A DNA stretch of 32,200 nucleotides from a virus. Lineage: Duplodnaviria > Caudoviricetes. Position numbers and translations under genes: made by a program. Shown here one piece after another: positions 9,301 through 17,056 of the stretch (its first letter is position 1; every line of letters begins with the position of its first letter). The DNA lies in IMG/VR virus record IMGVR_UViG_3300037313_000153, positions 1-32,200 of that record. The stretch is one strand, 5' to 3'. Under the pieces are notes generated by a model, which worked only from the letters and a program-made list of their open reading frames with translations, was not told the origin of the DNA and did not search any database.

Positions 9301-9978
9301 CGACCATGCCTCGCCCCAGGTCTTGGCGTCGTTCATCTCCCGCAGGGCGGGACGCATCGGCAGAGCATCGGCGGCGGCCCGGTTTGACAGGATCTTGTCG
9401 ATCGCCTCGGTGCTTGCTGCCTCCGCATTGGCTCGGGCCTGCGGGGCCTGTGCCAGCATCGACTTCTCGATGGGCGTTAGATACTCGCCCCGCTCCGCCT
9501 TCGCCTTGGCCGCCGCCAGATCAGCCAGGCGCTGCCCGGCAATGGTTGCCCCGAGTGCCTGTGCTCCCGTGCGCTGCCCATAGAAGCTGCGCTTGATCTC
9601 GTTCCAGCCCTTCTCGATCAGACCAAGGCTTTCATAGTCGTCCTTCGCCACGCGGGCGTTGATCGGCTCCTCGAGCCACTTGCCGAGGCCCGGGCTCTTC
9701 TGCACCAGCGCGTCGTACTCGTTGAGCGCCGCAGGGCCTTCGACCGCCTTGACGTCCCGCTCCACAGTGTCGACCGGAATGCCGGTCTTCTTCGCGAGGG
9801 TGATCGCCTTGGCGGTCTGCTCCGGGTTGGCGTCCTGTGCGCTCAGGATGCTGGCGCGGGTGCGCTGCGACCGCTCCTTGGTGAAGTCGACCACCAAGGC
9901 GTCGTATTCGTTGATGACCTTCTGGGCCTGCGCCTCGGGCGATGCCTGAGGGATCAACGCATCATATTCGTTGGCCAT
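3319..9978 (-). CDS. Large internal virion/ejection protein (gp16-like), polyvalent: LPD22-like N-terminus, ADP-ribosyltransferase-like domain, HExxH zincin-like domain, helical C-terminus
   Basis: 2219 aa, last of three ejection genes. YHGSPH...GLYFA...NYVLFDD at ~7120-7825; STLIHESGH and HEQFARGFE at ~6850-7025. Start overlaps the upstream stop (TAATG). Confidence 0.88.
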   Translation of the reverse strand: MANEYDALIPQASPEAQAQKVINEYDALVVDFTKERSQRTRASILSAQDANPEQTAKAITLAKKTGIPVDTVERDVKAVEGPAALNEYDALVQKSPGLGKWLEEPINARVAKDDYESLGLIEKGWNEIKRSFYGQRTGAQALGATIAGQRLADLAAAKAKAERGEYLTPIEKSMLAQAPQARANAEAASTEAIDKILSNRAAADALPMRPALREMNDAKTWGEAWSAFAKDPLGIIFDLSVQNVPQLATTTAATVLGGPAVGVGVTGAQSFGMEFVSGILDNMQELGVNTSDREALRAAFANPELMAEVYRRSTIKASIVGTLDAATMGIASKTIAPKAATSALTKQAVNMPAQLAIQMAGGAGGEALGSLAAGNQVKPGAVLAEAVAELGSTPAEVAAMRSHFKAPKTAVSPEVQQATAQAAGLDKLIETAQASKLATRSPEKLAEFLSTVTGPDQNVFIPAETVQAFFQSKPLEDAQRMADALGLTEQLPEALARGGDVVIPLAKYVTEAGKSDLHKAWREDVRMEADGFSIRQAQEDAKVKEERLRLAVDRFEKQLEAGIAEVDAVTRVYEDIRDKLKTLGQFTNEAAEQQAALFAERYQARAQRNPGSYLDAWDAYGKAGTGKGLDIQTRLSERVGAYPPDDLDVLLNSIRSGKVAPTKGDADANAQFAKDREELSAALKSMGVDTAKLTNAQIRKAIKDAVEKKGAGNTYEQPVYHGSPHIFDRFDLSKIGTGEGAQAFGHGLYFAGNKAVAEYYRNALARGPAQWTVGGKPATYEAALEAVRQALKPNWDANRFGSLVANGRMLATIMVAMERSSIKEIRDAYRDLPAALQMIDAIEETAKVEKPGRLYHVDIPDDGAYLHWDKPLSEQSPEVKAAIKSLGLATESPVTGAELYGRLVDRFYRSASDPQKAASLALREAGIPGIQYLDQASRQEGEGTHNYVLFDDSLAQIKTYEQEARGQISFTDNRAIITLFQSRDLSTLIHESGHLFLAELEFDAKAPNAPEQIKKDWQAVLDWLGSKDGYITRDMHEQFARGFETYAMEGKAPSSALASAFRSFKRWLTQIYKRLSSLNAPITPEIRQVFDRLIATDEQIENAQTRQGLNPIFKDAKSAGMTEAEFRAYTARANAVVDEAEQKLLQKTMETIRKQRTKEWKADEAKVRAEVRDEVMADPGQQALSLLSKGALPTGETPEVLKGIKLSKEDVVNLYGDESVLSMIPAGIYRDRASGPGTISPDELAPMLGLDSGKELIERLMQLEAQKRAMMAKGDKRSVAQARIAEETAQRMNERHGDPLNDGTIEQEAMAAVHSDKQAALMATELRVLANKAGHTGTITWDDIKGWAADAIADKQVKDGIRFEQYARAERDAGNRVERALIKGDFVAAFKAKQDQMVNHALYMEARKAADDVDSARKLMDRYASAETIKSMDQEYLEQIHDLLEKYEFKNRSGKFLEERKSFEAWAIEQEAKGFEVIPPPRLDKGLFSINYREMTIDELRGLTDTVKQIAHLGRWKREMLDGQKKREFEAIIAEAVATAQAIPQRGVANVRRGMTNLQNKLGDVSTQLRSIDAALLKLETIFEWLDGDKTGRGVFSRVIFRRMAEAQTVERDLQQKLNKQLTAIHEKVPLEQRKRWGEVLTLPELGTKLNRSQLLAVALNTGNESNFDKLTRGEKWASEAVEAVLNKHLTKEEWQFVQDAWDLINSLWPEVEAMERRINGVAPPKVEAREVGTPFGKLKGGYYPAVYDPSASVEAEKIGAMKAEGLFDPNYRKATTRAGSTRKRTEAAYPMLLSLQVIGQHLNEVSHDIAFREAVMDAYRFLTDKRIKEAVNEAIGPEYARQFDPWVKHIANEWAIDRKGVEGVEKFAGILRTNTTVNGMGARISTMLSQVAGYSNSIQRLGTVGMASGMRAFWKNPAEAARFVHARSGEMRHRMNDLERDVRAALQKIEGKSNFKADVQRFAFRGIALFDAAVSIPTWIGAYNKGLKEGMTDSDATYYADKMVRDTQGAGSAKDLAAVQRGGPLLKLFTMFYSYFNVFYNRQRGVVRDAREVRSVGQAMDVLAQTFWLMVVPSLLAPLLSGQGPGEDEDWGTWVARNIFFGLFAGLPWVRDAANTVSNLVGGKPVFGGTKLSPVQSVWDTTIHTGKDVVKLVSGDDPSETAIKSAFNTAGTLVGLPLGQVGATSQFLWDALVTGSQNPETLKEWLSGLAYGPERGKR
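7093..7839. repeat. Exact 12-bp direct repeat CTGCTCGTAGGT (7093-7104 and 7828-7839) flanking the ART-like domain
   Basis: Both copies read ACCTACGAGCAG = TYEQ in the coding frame; spacing is 735 bp = 245 codons. Confidence 0.85.
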
Positions 9979-12632
9979 TACGGCTTCGCGTTCTTGCGCG
10001 AGAACAGGTCGATGATGGCGTCGTCCGTCACGGGCATCCCGGCGCGGGTCAGGGCGTCCCTGATCTTGGCGCGCTCCACTTCCGGCACGTCCTGTATCTT
10101 CATCTCATAGCGCCGCTTGTCAGGGGAGAACCAGCCGCCTGTCCCAGCCACCTGCCGGGTCTGCTGGTCGATGATCTTCTGCACCTCTTCCGGTGTGGCC
10201 TTATGTCCCTTCGCGGTCTCGAAGGCTGTCAGGTTGTCCTGAATGGCACGGCGGAAGGCGGCGGCCTTGGCGGCGTCGCTGGTCGGGCTGCTGCTGGGCT
10301 TCGGCGTCGGGTCGACGTTCATCTTGAGCAGAGAGTCGTTGACCATGCTGTTGACGGTCTGGATCGACGTCACTTCCTTGCTCTCGCCCTTCCTTACCGC
10401 TCCCTGGATCTTCGCAAGCTCCTGGAAGTCCTGATCCGACAGGTGCTCCTTGTACTGGTATAGCGGGGCCGCGGCCCACATATCGCGGACGTTCGCGTCG
10501 GTCGACGTCAGACCCTGGTGGATGTTGTACCACACCTGCTGATTCGTGACCGTCTTCTTGCCGGCGATGTTGCGCTCGACCTGCCGCTCGATGGACTGCT
10601 GCTGCTCCCACGTCAGTTGCGAGAAGATGTTGGCCGGCGGCACCGTGACAGCCGGCCCCCCATTGGGGCCGCCCTTGCTCATCCAGTCCTGCACGTCGGC
10701 GTATAGCTTGTCCTTGTAGAGCTGTACGTTCGCCTTGCCCTGCGTGTACTGCACCTCGATCTGGTGCAAGGTCTGCTGGAGCATCGGCAGGTTGTTGCCG
10801 AACTGGGCATTGGCCTTGGCGACCAGGGCGGCCTTGCGCTGCTCAATATCGATCATCATGCGACGGGCGTCCACGATGCCGTCGGCGTTGGGCGACGGGG
10901 CCTTTGTCGGGGTTGGCCCGCCAGTCCCGGTCGCGGCATTCACGGCATCGAGCGCCTGATCGCCCGTTCCTTGCTGGCCGCCTTGCTGCCGCGACTGTGT
11001 GTCCTTCTCCATGTAGACATGGAGTTGGTCATAGCGAGCTTGCGCCTGCTCAGGCGAGCTGTACGACGGAAACTTGTCGAGCCCTTGCTGCTTGGCGCGG
11101 TCGATGGCTTCGTCCACCGATACTTTCTTTCCGTCATAGACCGTTGGCAGAATGTAGGTCTTGTCACCAAAGGTGACGGTCGTGGCAAAGAGAGTGGAGC
11201 GCGTGCCGTCGGGGTTGTTGACGCCGCCCGAGCCGTTGAGATTGGTGAGGTGCCGCTGATATAGGTCCTTCTCCTGCGGCGTCAGCTTCATAGCGGAGTC
11301 CGCCGCGCCGAGGTTATCGGCCTGCCCATACTGCGCCAGGATGGCGGACGCCGAGCCCTGACGGATGGCGCTCTCGCCCTCCGTGTACTTCGGCTTGAAG
11401 TAGTCGCGGGTCATGATGTCCGCGGCTTCCTTCTCGCTCTTGGCGTTCTGCAGCTTGACCTTCAGGTTCGGGCTGAGGCCAGACACCGAATACGGGATGA
11501 CGCCGTCGATCTCCGCCTTGGCATAAGCGAGGCCGGTCTTCACGTCGTTCGGGTCGAGGCCATTCTGAGCGGCGAAGTTCTTGAAGGCCGCGGCGCGCGA
11601 GCTGTTCCACTGGCCGATGTTGATGCTGTCGGAACCGTCGCGACCGTCGCCCTTGTTGGTCGCGGACGTCGCAAACTGGCTCTCGCGCAGGAATCCTGCC
11701 GTGATGCCCGCCGCGACCGGGCGGCTGTAGCCGTCGGCCTCCCAATGTTGCATGCTGATCTTGACGCCAGCTTTTGCAACCTCGCTAGACGGTCCGGTGC
11801 CCGGCCCGCTATTGCTCTGCACCCACGACTGAGCGTCGACGCCAATCCGCATGGTCTTGATGGCGGTGTCGACCGCCAGCCGGTCCTTCGGGTCCAGTCG
11901 ATCTTTGTATTGCTCATAGAAGCCGAGGGCCGAGGTATCGCCCGTGGCGATCTTCTGCTGGACGCCGAACAGGACGACATCCGAGACGGCCGCCTTCTCC
12001 ATTGCCGCGGAAGGGATGCCGAGCTGCGCCGCTCTGGTCCTGACAGCCGTTTGCACGCGGGCGATGTTCTCCGCGAAAGCCGCGGGGTCGTCCATGCTCT
12101 GGATCGCCCGGTCGGTCAGCGTGGCCTGCGTGTCCTTGAACACGGCCCCCTGATACTTCTCGGTTTCGGTCAAGCCGTGCCGAGCAACGTCGGCCTTGAA
12201 GCCGGTGATCTCGGAGGCTGCCGCAACCTGAAACATCCGTCGGGCGCGAGGCGACATCAGGCCGTTGCCGATCTCGTCGTACTGGGTCTGCAGGCGTTCC
12301 GGGAAAGTCTGGTAGATCGGCCGCCCGTCGGGGCCGGGCTTCAGCACATCGCCACCCCGGACCTTCAGGAAGCCATCCTCACCAACGGTCAGGTCCGACC
12401 GCTTGGCCCGGAGCTGGTTCAGCGCATCCTGCGCCATCGTCTTGTCGAGCGAGGCGCTGAACTTCTCAGCGTCGGCCGCCAGTTCTTTATCGTTCTGGGC
12501 CATGATGGCCGCCGCCCGCGCCGGGGCATCGGATACGACCGGGGCATCGCCCACCCGGTAGCCGGTGACATCGGCCGGCGCCTTGGGAACCGGACGGTCG
12601 TAGTTGTAGGTGTCGGGGATCACGACGGCCAT
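9978..12632 (-). CDS. Internal virion/ejection protein (gp15-like) with a phage tail lysozyme-like domain
   Basis: 884 aa. GYSRPVAAGITAGFLRESQF...SINIGQWNSSRAAAF at ~11330-11750 matches the Phage_lysozyme2-type pattern (catalytic ES, GxxQW-like). SD GGAGG; syntenic position. Confidence 0.85.
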   Translation of the reverse strand: MAVVIPDTYNYDRPVPKAPADVTGYRVGDAPVVSDAPARAAAIMAQNDKELAADAEKFSASLDKTMAQDALNQLRAKRSDLTVGEDGFLKVRGGDVLKPGPDGRPIYQTFPERLQTQYDEIGNGLMSPRARRMFQVAAASEITGFKADVARHGLTETEKYQGAVFKDTQATLTDRAIQSMDDPAAFAENIARVQTAVRTRAAQLGIPSAAMEKAAVSDVVLFGVQQKIATGDTSALGFYEQYKDRLDPKDRLAVDTAIKTMRIGVDAQSWVQSNSGPGTGPSSEVAKAGVKISMQHWEADGYSRPVAAGITAGFLRESQFATSATNKGDGRDGSDSINIGQWNSSRAAAFKNFAAQNGLDPNDVKTGLAYAKAEIDGVIPYSVSGLSPNLKVKLQNAKSEKEAADIMTRDYFKPKYTEGESAIRQGSASAILAQYGQADNLGAADSAMKLTPQEKDLYQRHLTNLNGSGGVNNPDGTRSTLFATTVTFGDKTYILPTVYDGKKVSVDEAIDRAKQQGLDKFPSYSSPEQAQARYDQLHVYMEKDTQSRQQGGQQGTGDQALDAVNAATGTGGPTPTKAPSPNADGIVDARRMMIDIEQRKAALVAKANAQFGNNLPMLQQTLHQIEVQYTQGKANVQLYKDKLYADVQDWMSKGGPNGGPAVTVPPANIFSQLTWEQQQSIERQVERNIAGKKTVTNQQVWYNIHQGLTSTDANVRDMWAAAPLYQYKEHLSDQDFQELAKIQGAVRKGESKEVTSIQTVNSMVNDSLLKMNVDPTPKPSSSPTSDAAKAAAFRRAIQDNLTAFETAKGHKATPEEVQKIIDQQTRQVAGTGGWFSPDKRRYEMKIQDVPEVERAKIRDALTRAGMPVTDDAIIDLFSRKNAKP

Positions 12633-12651
12633 CAGCCGACCTCCCCGTACG

Positions 12652-13071
12652 CTAGAAGCGCAGCTCGCCCCGCGGCATGGGCTGACGCTCGATCACGTAG
12701 GCACCGGGCTCTGCGGGTGCTGGAGGTGGGGCTGGAGGTGGAGCGATCTGCGGTAGCGCCCGGCTGCCATGCCTTGCCACCGCAACCTCGTGGCTCAGGT
12801 CCATGCCCCTCTTTTCCAGCTCCTCGAGCCGTGCTGCCTTCTCCTCCTGCGTGAGCGGGAGATGCCCAACGTAGGACACCAGCCTCGGCTGGCACTCGTA
12901 GAACAGGTCGTAGATCTGCGTGTAGACCCGCACCTTGTCCCGCACGCAGGCCGAAAAGGTCGGCGGAACGCCGTGAGCGTCGAGGGGTTCGGCAGGCGGC
13001 AGGGGGAAGGTCATGGGCGGCTGCGCGCACGCACCCACGAAGAGCATGGCAATGAACGGCAACCGCCGCAT
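12652..13071 (-). CDS. Predicted lipoprotein (moron-like)
   Basis: MRRLPFIAMLFVGA-C has a basic n-region, a hydrophobic h-region and a lipobox-like Cys. SD AGGAG; Pro-rich linkers. Confidence 0.75.
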   Translation of the reverse strand: MRRLPFIAMLFVGACAQPPMTFPLPPAEPLDAHGVPPTFSACVRDKVRVYTQIYDLFYECQPRLVSYVGHLPLTQEEKAARLEELEKRGMDLSHEVAVARHGSRALPQIAPPPAPPPAPAEPGAYVIERQPMPRGELRF

Positions 13072-13095
13072 AATCGTCTCCTGCCCCGCGGGCGG

Positions 13096-13124
13096 AAACT
13101 GCCATGTGAGAGGAAGATGCGCAA
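13096..13124 (-). promoter_or_regulatory. Possible sigma70-type promoter for the lipoprotein gene
   Basis: TTGCGC-N17-CAGTTT with TG at the extended -10 position, in the 54-bp intergenic gap. The -10 match is weak. Confidence 0.35.
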
Positions 13125-13125
13125 C

Positions 13126-13938
13126 TCATGCGATGTCCTCGAATCCGGCGCGGGTCCATGATGCCGGCGCATTCTTGTAGGCGGCAGAGTCCGAGAAGTT
13201 GCCCCCTCCGTAATCGGCGAAACTCACATCGCTTCCGCTGCCGCCGAAGTTGCCGCCATACTGCGCCGCCAAACCGAAAGCGGCCTTGCCGATGCCCGTC
13301 GTCAGAGTGTTGGCCGCCGCCGTGTCGAAAGCGCCCTTGGTCTGCTCCGCCGACCAGACGCCTCCCTGCCCCGTCGCCCGCAGGCTGGCCGCGTTGAAAT
13401 CGTTGACCAAGCCTTGATTGCGGAACACACGGGCCTTCTCACTGCCCTGGTAGAGCGCGACGTCACTGGCATACTTGCCCTCGGACAGAAGCCCCGCGGT
13501 CATGCTGTCGTCTACACCCGCACCCGCCGCCGCCATCACCGTCTGCGCCCGCCCGGCCATGATCTGGCCCTTGCGCCGCGCTTCGATGGCCTCGCGCTGT
13601 CCGACGGCCGCAGCATTGTTCGCCGCAGCCCGCTGCTGCAAGGCTTCTTGCTCCTGCTCGCGAGCCTGGGCCTCCATTTGCTGCTGGCGGAGTTGGGCAT
13701 TGCGCATGGCAATGTCGCCCTGTGCGCGCTGGGCATTTGCGGCCGAAATGGAACCGAGAACCGTCATTCCGGCGCTCAGAACCGAGGCGCCAATCGCAAT
13801 GAACGGCGCGGCCGGCCCGAAGCAGGTCCCGGGGCTGGCGCAGGCGAAGGGATCGACGAACATATCCGGCGCCGGGAACATCGGATTGTCCGTCGGCATG
13901 AACTCCGGCCGTGACGGGATGGGGTTAATCAGCCGCAT
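13126..13938 (-). CDS. Internal virion/ejection protein (gp14-like)
   Basis: 270 aa: hydrophobic segment after CFGP, then an Ala/Gln coiled coil and GRAQTVMAAAGAGVD. Lies directly after the GNAT-like gene; SD GAGGTGA. Confidence 0.8.
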   Translation of the reverse strand: MRLINPIPSRPEFMPTDNPMFPAPDMFVDPFACASPGTCFGPAAPFIAIGASVLSAGMTVLGSISAANAQRAQGDIAMRNAQLRQQQMEAQAREQEQEALQQRAAANNAAAVGQREAIEARRKGQIMAGRAQTVMAAAGAGVDDSMTAGLLSEGKYASDVALYQGSEKARVFRNQGLVNDFNAASLRATGQGGVWSAEQTKGAFDTAAANTLTTGIGKAAFGLAAQYGGNFGGSGSDVSFADYGGGNFSDSAAYKNAPASWTRAGFEDIA

Positions 13939-14311
13939 GGCTCACCTCTGGCTGCTTGACCATCACCGGGCCCTGCGCCTCCTCGTGGCCGGTCAGTTCA
14001 AAGCCGAGCTTGGTCAGCAAGGGCACCGATGTCGGCTCCGCAGCCACGGCCACCACCGGGCACTTGTAGGTGTTGATCAGCCGCTCGAGCACGCGGACCG
14101 CCCGGGCCTTGTCCTTGGTGCGGGGCCGCATCTCCTCCTTCATTTCAGAGAAGGCGACAGGGCCGCCATTGAAGAACACTCCGCCAATGCCGATCGGCTT
14201 GCCGTCGAGCAAAGCGACATAGCCCTTGAAGCTGTAGGGTGGCGGGCTGCCGTAGTAGGCGCGGGCCAGTTCCGGCGTCGCCTCGGTGAAGGTCACGTCA
14301 GATTTTGTCAT
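13925..14311 (-). CDS. GNAT-fold protein (T7 gp13-like position)
   Basis: Start moved to ATG 14311 (MTKSDVTF; GGAG/GAAGG upstream). VALLDGKPIGIGG strand and SVPLLTKLGF terminal motif of GNATs. Lies between tail tube B and the gp14-like gene. Confidence 0.75.
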   Translation of the reverse strand: MTKSDVTFTEATPELARAYYGSPPPYSFKGYVALLDGKPIGIGGVFFNGGPVAFSEMKEEMRPRTKDKARAVRVLERLINTYKCPVVAVAAEPTSVPLLTKLGFELTGHEEAQGPVMVKQPEVSHAAD

Positions 14312-17054
14312 GGCCTTCGACTCCAATGACGATGCCGAGGACGGTGCAGGGCCGCGGCGATTGAGCCTGCAGGCAGATACGCGAATCAGGGCTCCACGTC
14401 CCATTGACCGGGAAGCTCGGCTGGTCGTAGGCAGTCCAGATGTAATCGTCGGCGACACGCTTGCCCTGCTCGATCAGCGGCAGGTTGTCGAGATGATCGA
14501 AGTCCTGCCCGACCTTGAGGCCCTGTGCATGGGTGTCCGCCAGGATCACGCCGACGCTCTTGACGATCTTGTGCTGAGTTAGCGGGGCGCCGTTCTGCGA
14601 GGCAACCGCCAGCTTGGCGCTCATCCATTGCGCTGTGTAGTCGAGGCCAACGGCATAGGGCCCAGTCAGGGCCTCCGACGCTGTGATCTGCCCGCCGGCC
14701 ACGGTGTAGCTGCCGAGATCCTTGGTATTGCCCCAAAGGTTCACGGTCTCGCCCTCGAGATGGTCGAGCCCCGTCACGACGGCCGAGCCCGCGCCAGTTC
14801 CCGCCACATGGCAGTCCACCAGCCGCGTGTCTGCGGCGCCCTGCCCTTGGCTCTCCAGTGCCCATTTCTCGAGATAGCGCTTGGTCGAGCCGTTGATGGT
14901 CCGCTTGACTTGGTAGTAGACGCGATCCTCGCGCGGCGTACCCGGCGTACCGGGCAGGACTACCACATCCTCGACCTCGCCATCTGTCGTGACCTGCAGC
15001 CAGCAGGAGACGCTTTCGGTCTTGTCGAACAGCAGGACGCAGACCACGCCGTCGGCCCGCACGAAATGCAGCCGTGTATCGGGGTACCGCTGCACGCCCA
15101 CCCGCACGAAGCCGCCAGGCAGGCCGATATCGGGAATGACCGCCGTCAGGTCCTGGGGGACGTAGGTGTAGCTGGCGCCGTCGTAGGACAGCTCGATCAC
15201 GCGGCTGGTGCTGCGCGAGACGAACACGCCAGAACTGTCGACCCGCACCGCCGCAATGGCTGCCGTCCCCGAGCTGGAAACCGGCTTCAGGCCGAACTTG
15301 GTCTGGGTCAGCGGTTCGTCGAAGCTCGACGCCTTGGCAACCTCTGTCGCTCCCGGGGCGCCGACCAGCAGATGCAGCACCGGCAACAGCCAGTTGATCG
15401 AATCGACCGGGCCGGACCCCAGGCTCTTCTTGATCGTCCGGGCGTCGCCTTCCACCGTGTCGTCGAAGCTGTCGAACAGGTCGGGTCCTGAGCCCCAGAT
15501 GTTGTCCTTGCCCGCCCAATAGAGCCGGCCATCGAACAGGCAGACCGCGCTCGGCCAGCCTCGTCGGGATGACCACGCACCCTCCGACCAATCCGACGTG
15601 TACTGGTCAGCCTTGCCAAGATCACTCAGCACCGACGCGCTCATGGTGGTGCTCGTGAGGAAGGCGGTCGCCCGCACGATGCCGCTGATCGATCCGGCCG
15701 AGAAGGTGAGCGTCGCCGTGATGTCGTCGGATGCGGTATACTGCCCGGTCTTGATGCCGATGCGGTAGTAAATGATCTGGTTGTCGAGCGTGTCGCTATA
15801 GGGACCTGACGTCGTTCCCGTCCACGACAGCACGTCGGTCCAGTCGCCAGGGGCACCCACAGACCGCTGCATGGTCACGGTGGTGGTTGCGGTGAAGGTC
15901 GGGCCGGTGATCTCAATGGTTATTACGCGGCCGGTGTCGATGCCGGTGACGCGGATGTAGTCGGAGAAGGTGTCCTGCGCCTGCAGCCGCTTCGTCACCT
16001 GCTGCCCGGCCGAGGTCAGGCGGAACAGAGAGCCGACATTGCTCGACTTGAAGAACGGCCGCTCCGAGGTCAGCGTGATATCCCCGGTCAGGGCCGAGCC
16101 CTTGAGACGGTTGGGGCCAGTGTTCAGGTCGAGAAACGGCCCGTCATCCGGCGCATAGTCGACCACAGACCACGAGCGCGGCGAGCTGGCGCCCTGCCGC
16201 TCGATGCGCTTCTGGGCGACGTCCTTGCAGGCCACGAAGATCACGTCACCCGACTGTTCGTAGCGGACGTATTGGAGGTTCGCGGCGGCCCATGGCGTCG
16301 GGATTTCCATGTCTCCGGCCGCCTGCCCCAGCGTCACGCTGTCGACCAAGGCGGTGATGTCCATGCCATTGGCGAGCCGCAGGAAGAAGTCGCCCGTCGG
16401 CGTGAGGGCGATCGAATGGATGCCTGGCCGCAGCGTGCGCGCCGTCAGGTATTCGTCGCCGCCCTCGGTCGATCCGAGGGTCATGGTGACATTGCCGCGA
16501 TTGATGACGATGGTCAGGGCGTGCTCGACGCCGGTCTCCACGACCTTGAACTTGCGATCACGGATGGCAGAGGCGTTTCCGTTCCCCAGCAGGGAGAGAT
16601 AGCCGGTGGGCGAGGATGCCCCGGACACACCGCCCGACTCGTCGTTGTCCTTCCAATAACCGACGTCGGTCGCATCACCGAATCCGCTGGAGGTGTCCGA
16701 AGAGGCATCCCAAGTCGAGCCGCCAGAGTTCCAGCGATAGAGTGTGCTGGTCACGGCGGGGCGGGCGATGATGATGTCGTCGATGCGAACCCGCATGATT
16801 CCATCGGTCAGCTCGATGACTGCGGTATCATCGGTGGATTGGACGAACGGCAGGTGCACCGAGGCTGCATCGTTGCGCGTCGATCCGATATACTGCAGGC
16901 CCGGCCGCAGCATCATCGAGCCCATCGCGCGGGGCATCCAGTTGACGTAGGTCTCGGCCGACAGCGCCATGCGCTTAAGATCGACGCGGGCGAGCGCCAG
17001 GCGCGACACAAGACCCCTGTTGAGCGCGAGGAGCTGATGGAGAATCTTCGCCAC
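14298..17054 (-). CDS. Tail tubular protein B / nozzle (gp12-like)
   Basis: 918 aa, GTG start. NRGLVS...ARVDL, GSMMLRPGLQY, QSGDVIF, GWPSAVCLFDGRL and GLDHLEGETV motifs. Confidence 0.9.
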   Translation of the reverse strand: MAKILHQLLALNRGLVSRLALARVDLKRMALSAETYVNWMPRAMGSMMLRPGLQYIGSTRNDAASVHLPFVQSTDDTAVIELTDGIMRVRIDDIIIARPAVTSTLYRWNSGGSTWDASSDTSSGFGDATDVGYWKDNDESGGVSGASSPTGYLSLLGNGNASAIRDRKFKVVETGVEHALTIVINRGNVTMTLGSTEGGDEYLTARTLRPGIHSIALTPTGDFFLRLANGMDITALVDSVTLGQAAGDMEIPTPWAAANLQYVRYEQSGDVIFVACKDVAQKRIERQGASSPRSWSVVDYAPDDGPFLDLNTGPNRLKGSALTGDITLTSERPFFKSSNVGSLFRLTSAGQQVTKRLQAQDTFSDYIRVTGIDTGRVITIEITGPTFTATTTVTMQRSVGAPGDWTDVLSWTGTTSGPYSDTLDNQIIYYRIGIKTGQYTASDDITATLTFSAGSISGIVRATAFLTSTTMSASVLSDLGKADQYTSDWSEGAWSSRRGWPSAVCLFDGRLYWAGKDNIWGSGPDLFDSFDDTVEGDARTIKKSLGSGPVDSINWLLPVLHLLVGAPGATEVAKASSFDEPLTQTKFGLKPVSSSGTAAIAAVRVDSSGVFVSRSTSRVIELSYDGASYTYVPQDLTAVIPDIGLPGGFVRVGVQRYPDTRLHFVRADGVVCVLLFDKTESVSCWLQVTTDGEVEDVVVLPGTPGTPREDRVYYQVKRTINGSTKRYLEKWALESQGQGAADTRLVDCHVAGTGAGSAVVTGLDHLEGETVNLWGNTKDLGSYTVAGGQITASEALTGPYAVGLDYTAQWMSAKLAVASQNGAPLTQHKIVKSVGVILADTHAQGLKVGQDFDHLDNLPLIEQGKRVADDYIWTAYDQPSFPVNGTWSPDSRICLQAQSPRPCTVLGIVIGVEGHDKI

Positions 17055-17056
17055 GG

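Noticed and set aside
11917-11924. TAGAAGCC on the plus strand
   Set aside because: Only 8 of 12 motif bases, inside a coding region and in the opposite orientation; likely chance.
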